This document shows positions 57,492 through 64,000 of a stretch of 64,000 bases of DNA, piece by piece. The stretch's first letter is position 1. Each line of letters opens with the position of its first letter. The DNA is from a virus: positions 54,396-118,395 of IMG/VR virus record IMGVR_UViG_3300034683_000041; one strand, written 5' to 3'. The notes below the pieces were generated by a model, which saw only the letters and a program-made list of their open reading frames with translations, had not been told where the DNA came from and searched no databases. A program made the position numbers and the translations under genes.

Positions 57492-58763
57492 ATGATCATC
57501 GAAAAGCTCTATCGCAAAACTCGTACAGTATTGGAAGAATTTGCATTAGGAAATAGTCCTTGGGAGCACATGAGTAGTATTGAAAGTAATAACACGAAAT
57601 ACATAGTAAAAATCCAAAATGAGGATCTTACATACTTTTTAGACCTTGGACATATGTTTTTAGAAACACCTATTTCTAGATTTGAAACTTGGGATACGTT
57701 TCGAGATACGTTGACTGACATAGAACTCGAAGCGTATCGTATACATATGCCGGATCTGGACTCTCCTAAAAAGGTTTTACGTACAGTAAGTCCTTTATCA
57801 AGTAATGATTTTTTGATAGAGTACACAGATAAAGATATACCTGACAGAAGAGATGTCAAAACCTTTATCGATCATTTACCAGATCTAGTTATAACTAAAA
57901 CAGGAAACGATTGTCCTATAAAATTAGAAAATTCTCTTCTTTCAGTGAATGGACTTGTATCTCGACCTATCATACGTCCTAATGAAAAAACGGGTAAACG
58001 AGAATATTTTGTTCCTGAAGGTATGAATTTCCTAAGGTGCACTACACATACGACACATCCGAATCTTCTTCTTATGGATTTCGAACTTCTTGGTGGTATG
58101 GAAATAGTTCCTTTATCCGAGTGTAAATTACGTTATCATAACCAAAACAACGAACCGTGTCCTGATGTATTTTTAACTATCACACTTCCTGATGGAAAAG
58201 ACCTGCATGGTAAAACTGCATGTATTGTGATGGCGCATTCTTTATTTCTACCAAATTCAGTGAAGGTAAAGTCTGAAAATAGTCTTTTAATTAATCTTGC
58301 ACAGTTACGTATCCGTATGTCGTTAGCAAAGAGTGCTTATGCCAAAGACAATTACAAACACAATACTCATTTAATAGAAACTCCCATTTCAGAAGAAACC
58401 TATGTCAAAGAACATCTTTCTTCTAAAGATCATTATGGAGCATTCTTAGTTCTCATAAATTCCGAAGATCTTTGGATAGATACAAAATATGGAGTTTCTT
58501 TTGCTGGAAATGTAAAGTTTACTCAATACCCGGACTACATCCCACACGATCTAACTAGTCAGTCATTCATGGATTACACTCAAATAGAATATCTTTCTAG
58601 AAACGCGGTTTACAGTTATCCTACAATGACTAACCTTGATGTATACACTGAAGAAAAGACACAACTTCAACTGTACCCTGACAAATTAAAGTGCAGACAT
58701 GTTGATTGTGTTAAAGACTATAAAGATAATCAATTTGTTTTTCTCAAGATAATGAGTCTTTAA
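57492..58763 (+). CDS. putative virion structural protein
   Basis: 423 aa; DLVIT...NSLLSVNGL pattern recalled from phiKZ-like virion proteins. Confidence 0.55.
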   Translation: MIIEKLYRKTRTVLEEFALGNSPWEHMSSIESNNTKYIVKIQNEDLTYFLDLGHMFLETPISRFETWDTFRDTLTDIELEAYRIHMPDLDSPKKVLRTVSPLSSNDFLIEYTDKDIPDRRDVKTFIDHLPDLVITKTGNDCPIKLENSLLSVNGLVSRPIIRPNEKTGKREYFVPEGMNFLRCTTHTTHPNLLLMDFELLGGMEIVPLSECKLRYHNQNNEPCPDVFLTITLPDGKDLHGKTACIVMAHSLFLPNSVKVKSENSLLINLAQLRIRMSLAKSAYAKDNYKHNTHLIETPISEETYVKEHLSSKDHYGAFLVLINSEDLWIDTKYGVSFAGNVKFTQYPDYIPHDLTSQSFMDYTQIEYLSRNAVYSYPTMTNLDVYTEEKTQLQLYPDKLKCRHVDCVKDYKDNQFVFLKIMSL

Positions 58764-58764
58764 G

Positions 58765-58797
58765 ATAAGATAGCTCCTTTTTAGGGAGCTATCTTAT
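58765..58797. terminator. inverted repeat
   Basis: ATAAGATAGCTCC...GGAGCTATCTTAT, immediately followed by a TATG motif. Confidence 0.65.
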
Positions 58798-58829
58798 TCT
58801 ATGCCAAACCACGTATAAAGGAGGTTTCC

Positions 58830-59510
58830 ATGGGGAAACTAGGAAAGTATTTAAAAACAGTCAATAATTCATATATTTTTACTGGTGAAAAAGCTAAAAT
58901 ATATGTTCCTGAAAGATACTCCGCACAAGGAGTTCTTAAAATCACAAGTCATGTGGAAGTACTTGGTGTATTCGAGATCATAGTGAACGATAACGAAGAG
59001 ATAGGACTTATACTTCCTACAACTATACAAATACATCCATCAAAAATCTACAAAGAAAACAAAGACGACGTAGACTATACAGTTTTGGAATTGCATAAAG
59101 GAGATGTTTTCATGCAATCAAAAACTATAGTTCAAAAAGCAAACTTAGTATACGTCATGTTTGTTGAATTTTTAGCTAACGGTAACTTACCTAAGTTTAT
59201 ACGTTACTGGGATATCCCAAAGTTATTCGATCATGCCCAAAAGGTATGTGGTATTAACCTTAGAGTTCCTAAAAACATTTTTGAGATCCTGTATGCACAT
59301 TTGTATAGAGATCCTAAAGATCTTTCTAAACCTTACAGACTCACATCAATGACAGCTCCTGCGGTGTTTTTATCTTTAAGAGATACTGCATATGCTACGG
59401 ACAGTACTACTGCTAAACTTGTGGGTTCGTATATGCAAGACAACTTTAATTCAGCTATCGTCAATCCTTCGACTGAGAGAAGTCGTGTCGAAGATATGTT
59501 GAGACGATAG
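58830..59510 (+). CDS. virion RNA polymerase small subunit (phiKZ gp176 / SPN3US gp244-like)
   Basis: KIYVPERY, FEILYAHLYRDP, STTAKLVGSY, ERSRVEDMLRR; directly upstream of the prohead protease as in phiKZ. Confidence 0.7.
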   Translation: MGKLGKYLKTVNNSYIFTGEKAKIYVPERYSAQGVLKITSHVEVLGVFEIIVNDNEEIGLILPTTIQIHPSKIYKENKDDVDYTVLELHKGDVFMQSKTIVQKANLVYVMFVEFLANGNLPKFIRYWDIPKLFDHAQKVCGINLRVPKNIFEILYAHLYRDPKDLSKPYRLTSMTAPAVFLSLRDTAYATDSTTAKLVGSYMQDNFNSAIVNPSTERSRVEDMLRR

Positions 59511-59536
59511 TGTAAACTTAAAAAGGGGATATTTTC

Positions 59537-60340
59537 ATGGAAACTAGACTTCCGAATAATTTACATTTCAATGTGTCGGTGCTCGATCAGTTCCAGGGAC
59601 AGAAACTCAAAGTTCCGAAATTGAACGACTACGGGTATTACGAGATGCCTATCGCTCTTCTTGGAGCTCCTTCCAGAAATCGGGCGTTTTACGATATTGA
59701 ATCTATAGTTCAGCAGATAAACGATCCGAATACTGTGTTCAATATGATGCTTACTCAGGGCAATCTTTATGGAGAACATGGGCATCCTTCGTCAGACGTA
59801 TCTTTGGAAAGACTTGTTGAAGTATCTGAAGATCGTAGATCTCATCACATCCGTAGAGTATGGACTGGAAAAGCGACTGATCGTGGAGTTATCTTATTTG
59901 CTGAAATCCGTCCTACTGGAGTATATGGCAAATACTTGGAAGAATCTATACTTAACCCTTACGAAAATACGACATTTTCTCTCAGATCTCTTATGGTACC
60001 TGATCCAAATAAGAGTACAAGAGAATACGAATATCGTATAGTCAAGCGTCTTGTGACCTTTGACTATGTCACTATGCCGGGATATGCTGAAGCTTCCAAG
60101 TGGTACGTGGGGCATGAAGATTTTTCAAGACCCATCACTGTTGAAGAAATATATAAACAAGAACAATTAAGAGTAGCAGGATTAGAAAATTTCTCTTCAG
60201 AAGAAATGTGCAAACTGTTTGATTTAAAACATGCACAGGTTAATGGTTGTACTTTGGAGAATTATATCCCAGGAACAACCAACTACCTCTCGGAAGGAAG
60301 AAAGAAAAGTATAGTTCATGCTTTTTTAAAGCAAAACTAG
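59537..60340 (+). CDS. prohead maturation protease (phiKZ gp175 / T4 gp21-like)
   Basis: GNLYGEHGHP, SHHI, FSLRS, LVTFDYVTMPG. Confidence 0.88.
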   Translation: METRLPNNLHFNVSVLDQFQGQKLKVPKLNDYGYYEMPIALLGAPSRNRAFYDIESIVQQINDPNTVFNMMLTQGNLYGEHGHPSSDVSLERLVEVSEDRRSHHIRRVWTGKATDRGVILFAEIRPTGVYGKYLEESILNPYENTTFSLRSLMVPDPNKSTREYEYRIVKRLVTFDYVTMPGYAEASKWYVGHEDFSRPITVEEIYKQEQLRVAGLENFSSEEMCKLFDLKHAQVNGCTLENYIPGTTNYLSEGRKKSIVHAFLKQN

Positions 60341-60352
60341 GGAGAAGCTCAT

Positions 60353-61057
60353 ATGTTCTCTAAAAGACTTATGAAACTCGAAGCGAGTATACCCGCACTA
60401 GAAACCTTGGACACGTCTCACCTTAGCAATGATGAGATCCCAAGTTCTCCGCCAAGTCCAGAGGGAGTCGACGTATACGGACTCTACAATCCGACAGAAA
60501 TGAAGCTGCCGTATTGTCCTATATTTGTTGTTTCTAGAGACAACGGTACTAAAGAATATACCGCACTCATCAACTCAACCATCACCTCTCCTACTGAGTA
60601 TTTCGGACTAGTGGAAATAATCAACCGGATGCAGGAAGGAGACGATATGATCTTAAATATATCGTCTCCTGGAGGATACGTGTGTTCTGCTACATTTATA
60701 GCCAGTTCTATCTATAGATGCAAAGGAACAGTAACCACGGTAGCAACTTCTATCTGTGCATCTGCAGGATCTTTGATCTGGAGTTCCGGACATATCTGCA
60801 AAGCACATCCTACGGCACAGTTCATGTACCATATGAGCAGTCAGATGTCGGTAGGAAACTCGGTGCGTATCCGAGATTCAGCTAATGTTCAGGTTAAATA
60901 TGTACAAGAAGTATTGCTGGATCTTGCTAAAAACAAAGGGCATATAACCGAAGCAGAAGTCGACCTTATATGTAAAGATCCCGACAAATGTGTATGGATA
61001 GATGCAAAGAAAATGATGGAGCGTATCGCTAACCACATCGCTTCTGGGGAGAAATAA
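60353..61057 (+). CDS. clpP: ClpP-family serine protease
   Basis: LNISSPGGYV, SICASAGS (Ser), FMYH (His), PDKCVWIDA (Asp region). Confidence 0.82.
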   Translation: MFSKRLMKLEASIPALETLDTSHLSNDEIPSSPPSPEGVDVYGLYNPTEMKLPYCPIFVVSRDNGTKEYTALINSTITSPTEYFGLVEIINRMQEGDDMILNISSPGGYVCSATFIASSIYRCKGTVTTVATSICASAGSLIWSSGHICKAHPTAQFMYHMSSQMSVGNSVRIRDSANVQVKYVQEVLLDLAKNKGHITEAEVDLICKDPDKCVWIDAKKMMERIANHIASGEK

Positions 61058-61059
61058 AT

Positions 61060-61785
61060 ATGAGTTATTTCCCATTTCTCGATTTCGACAACGTTCCAGA
61101 TGTGAATTCTGATCTTGAAGATAAAGATATTGTAGCAGGTACAGAAAAATTCAAAATACCGGATCTGCAATCACACATCCAATTAAGTGAAGAAGATGTA
61201 TTTGGACCAGGGTCCATTAATCGAAGTCATATTGAACAAATCAATATGATAAATCAGTTTAATGCATCAAGAGCGATGCAGTCGAACCCCCAGAAGTTCT
61301 TTTGTTTTCGAGAAGACAAGATCATCCGTATATACATAGCTCACGATATAAGTTGGAGCAAGTGCGATTTTCAGAACATCTTCATGTCCAATCTTCTGAA
61401 ACTCAAATCGGATGAAGAATGTCATTTCTATCTAGGAACTGGATCTGGAGCATCTGGACTTGTTGATATGTACAACCTTGGGCCTATGCTTCATGCAGTC
61501 GAAACTTGTAGAGGAAAAGTCGTAACTCACGCAGATGGAATGTGTTCTTCTGAAGAATCCATACTCTGGGCATACGGACACGAACGGCACAGATCGGAAT
61601 TTTCGGTCATCGTTGTAGAAGGGTGTAGAGGAATCACGGACGCCATGCCGTCGTATACACAGTACTTCCGTGTTCTGTATCAACGATTTGTGGAATTGGG
61701 ATTTATCTCACAAGAAGAATTAGAAGATCTTTTGACTTCACAAAAGATCTTTTCCTTCATTGGACATAGTACTGAAAAAGTGTAG
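61060..61785 (+). CDS. degenerate ClpP paralogue (ClpR-like)
   Basis: CHFYLGTGSG, VETCRGKVVTHADGMCSSEESILWAYGH aligns with the neighbour's IYRCKGTVTTVATSICASAGSLIWSSGH; the His position reads VVEG. Confidence 0.65.
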   Translation: MSYFPFLDFDNVPDVNSDLEDKDIVAGTEKFKIPDLQSHIQLSEEDVFGPGSINRSHIEQINMINQFNASRAMQSNPQKFFCFREDKIIRIYIAHDISWSKCDFQNIFMSNLLKLKSDEECHFYLGTGSGASGLVDMYNLGPMLHAVETCRGKVVTHADGMCSSEESILWAYGHERHRSEFSVIVVEGCRGITDAMPSYTQYFRVLYQRFVELGFISQEELEDLLTSQKIFSFIGHSTEKV

Positions 61786-61811
61786 TTTAATGGTCATCAG
61801 TAGAGTCTATC

Positions 61812-61838
61812 TGGAGAGGGGCAATTTGCCCCTCTCCA
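61812..61838. terminator. inverted repeat
   Basis: TGGAGAGGGGCAA-T-TTGCCCCTCTCCA. Confidence 0.65.
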
Positions 61839-61872
61839 AATTGTATACCCTATGTTTACTAGGAGATCCGAT

Positions 61873-63975
61873 GTGATTTTGTTTGAAAGTGATTATGAAA
61901 AAGAAAAAGTATACTTTGATACTTTAAGTACAAATGTTTCAGCATTTAGGTTATCCCGAGTTCTTGAAAAACTCGGAGTTCGAAACAATAAGTTCATGCT
62001 TGTGACTACGCAAAAAGATCTCATAGGTCTCGACGTGCACAACCTTAAAGATCCGTCTAAAGAACTTGCTGAACGTATAGCGTACGAGATAAAGATCAAT
62101 CCTTGGTATTTCTTTCGAGAAATTGTTCGGATACCTATCCAAGGTGGTCGACCGATACCATTCAAATTTAATCGCGGCAACTTGGCACTCATTTATTGTT
62201 TCCTAGCCAATGTAGATTTTTATCTGGTCATGCCTCGTCAGACTGGTAAGTCTGTATCATCACAAGCTATCGTAGCTTACGTGATGTATTTTTTAGCATG
62301 TAACTTTAAAACCATTTTACTGACTAAAGATACCGCTCTTGTTCAAGAAATGGTTGATCGTCTTCGTGCGATCAAAAAAGCTCTTCCTCAGTTTTTACTG
62401 TTTTCTTCTAGTTCAGATACAGACAATAAGGAAGGACTTACCTACAGTGCACTTGAAAATAAATACAGTACACAAACTAAAAGTAACGATCCTTTTTCGG
62501 CCAACAACTTAGGTCGTGGTTTGTCTTCTCCTTTTTTACACTGGGACGAACTCGAATTTTTCAAATACAATTACATTACTTATCCTGCTGCCACCTCTGC
62601 AACTAACGCAGCACGAGAGTCCGCTAAAGACAACGGATTACCCCACACGAACATTATAACTTCAACTGCAGGTAACCTTGATACTGAAGAATGTCAATTT
62701 GCTCTTAAGTTGATAAGTGAAGCATTACCTTTTTCGGAAAAATTATACGATTGTAAAGATTACGATGAATTCCATGCTATTGTGGATAAACATTCAACTA
62801 GAAAAATGGTGTACGCAGTATTTTCATACTTGCAGTTAGGTTACACCCACAAATGGTTTAGAGAAACTTCAGTACGTACAGGCGGTACTCCTGAAGACAT
62901 AGCACGCGATTATTTGAACTTACGACAAGCAGGTACGGATAGTTCTGCTATAGATCGTACTATTTTAGACAAAATAAAAGCTTCAGAGAAAGAACCTGTC
63001 CAGATTACTTTTGAATCTGGGTACATGTTCCGGTGGTACGAACATCCTGACAAAGTATTCAAAGATCCTAACAGAGTTATCATAGCAGGGCTTGACACAT
63101 CCGACAACGTAGGTAAAGACTTTACATCGTTAGTATTTCTCGATCCGAAGAACATGGACGTTATAGCTACTACAAAATGTAACGAATCTGACCTGATACT
63201 GTTTGCAAGATTTCTTGGAAAGTATCTGGTAGATCATCCTAAAGTAATACTCGTTCCTGAAAGAAAGAGTACTGCCAGTATGATCGTGGGTCTGATCTGT
63301 GAAATCTTAAGAAAAAATGGTATCAACCCATTTACTCGAATATATAACCAAGTATTTCAGAACATCCAAGAAGAACCTTTCTGTCATCTCGATACTTGGG
63401 ATAACTTAGAACAAGGTCCCAACAAAAAGTACTTGGGGTATAGTACTGCGGGAACTGGAAGTAACTCTAGAGATGTTCTTTATAAAGTTACTTTAAACAA
63501 AGCTCTTAGCATGAACGCATCTAAGATATCGGATTCTGGACTGATCAATGAATTTTGTTCGTTATCTGTCAAAAGTGGACGTATGGATCACAGCAATAAA
63601 GGACATGACGATCTGGTCATAGCTTATCTTCTTGCTTGCTGGTTCATTTATTTTGGTAAGAATTTGCGTATGTACAATCTGGATAAAAGTATCTTTTGTT
63701 CGGAAGTAGATAATTCTGGTACAAAACTGACAGCTAAAGATAAAGTTCTGTATTCTCAAGTTACAGAACGTATAGCTGAACTCAATATGTTAGTACGGAC
63801 AGTCACTCACCCAGGAGTACTCAAAGCATACGAATCAGAACTTGCAGATCTCAAAGAACTCATATCCCCTATGGAATACGATATCACTCCTATCCGTAGT
63901 GATGACATTACTCAACAGAAGACTATCCACACACCAGAATACATAACGCAAGCATTTGCAAAAATACGATTCTAA
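61873..63975 (+). CDS. terL: terminase large subunit (phiKZ gp25-like)
   Basis: NPWYFFRE, MPRQTGKS (Walker A), LHWDE (Walker B), GLDTSD, HDDLVIA; likely GTG start 61873 after AGGAG. Confidence 0.92.
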   Translation: MILFESDYEKEKVYFDTLSTNVSAFRLSRVLEKLGVRNNKFMLVTTQKDLIGLDVHNLKDPSKELAERIAYEIKINPWYFFREIVRIPIQGGRPIPFKFNRGNLALIYCFLANVDFYLVMPRQTGKSVSSQAIVAYVMYFLACNFKTILLTKDTALVQEMVDRLRAIKKALPQFLLFSSSSDTDNKEGLTYSALENKYSTQTKSNDPFSANNLGRGLSSPFLHWDELEFFKYNYITYPAATSATNAARESAKDNGLPHTNIITSTAGNLDTEECQFALKLISEALPFSEKLYDCKDYDEFHAIVDKHSTRKMVYAVFSYLQLGYTHKWFRETSVRTGGTPEDIARDYLNLRQAGTDSSAIDRTILDKIKASEKEPVQITFESGYMFRWYEHPDKVFKDPNRVIIAGLDTSDNVGKDFTSLVFLDPKNMDVIATTKCNESDLILFARFLGKYLVDHPKVILVPERKSTASMIVGLICEILRKNGINPFTRIYNQVFQNIQEEPFCHLDTWDNLEQGPNKKYLGYSTAGTGSNSRDVLYKVTLNKALSMNASKISDSGLINEFCSLSVKSGRMDHSNKGHDDLVIAYLLACWFIYFGKNLRMYNLDKSIFCSEVDNSGTKLTAKDKVLYSQVTERIAELNMLVRTVTHPGVLKAYESELADLKELISPMEYDITPIRSDDITQQKTIHTPEYITQAFAKIRF

Positions 63976-64000
63976 TATAAAGATAAGACTAGTGTCCATA

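Noticed and set aside
8199-63975. Introns or inteins in the polymerase, RNAP, gyrase, ligase or terminase genes
   Set aside because: ORFs are continuous and of expected size; no intein splice motifs or homing endonuclease recognised
1-64000. Stop-codon reassignment
   Set aside because: Conserved genes are full length in code 11 and end in TAA, TAG or TGA, with high coding density

Overview
This window is part of a phiKZ-like (Chimalliviridae-type) jumbo myophage genome, AT-rich and in standard code 11. Replication and nucleotide genes: polymerase half of a split family B DNA polymerase, RNase HI, HD hydrolase, ThyX, gyrase-like topoisomerase II subunits B and A, NAD-dependent ligase and a MYG1-family nuclease. 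Transcription genes: four dispersed fragments of the two multisubunit phage RNA polymerases. Virion genes: portal, tail sheath and tube, baseplate-type proteins, Mtd_N-type tail appendage proteins, prohead protease and large terminase. There is also a lysis cassette and a divergent GroEL-like chaperonin. Regulatory signals are readable directly: phiKZ-type early promoters (TATATTAC, all on +), late-type ATnnTATG motifs, and about 25 long intergenic inverted repeats. The strongest leads are: (1) a tandem ClpP plus apparently inactive ClpR-like pair between the prohead protease and terminase; (2) a ~730-bp hairpin- and repeat-rich non-coding region at the main strand switch (candidate origin or ncRNA); (3) a candidate -1 frameshift (G_TTT_TTT) fusing two putative tail/baseplate assembly ORFs. 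Matches to specific phiKZ gene numbers come from recalled motifs and synteny, not database searches. No chimallin, major capsid, tRNA, CRISPR array, intron or intein was recognised.
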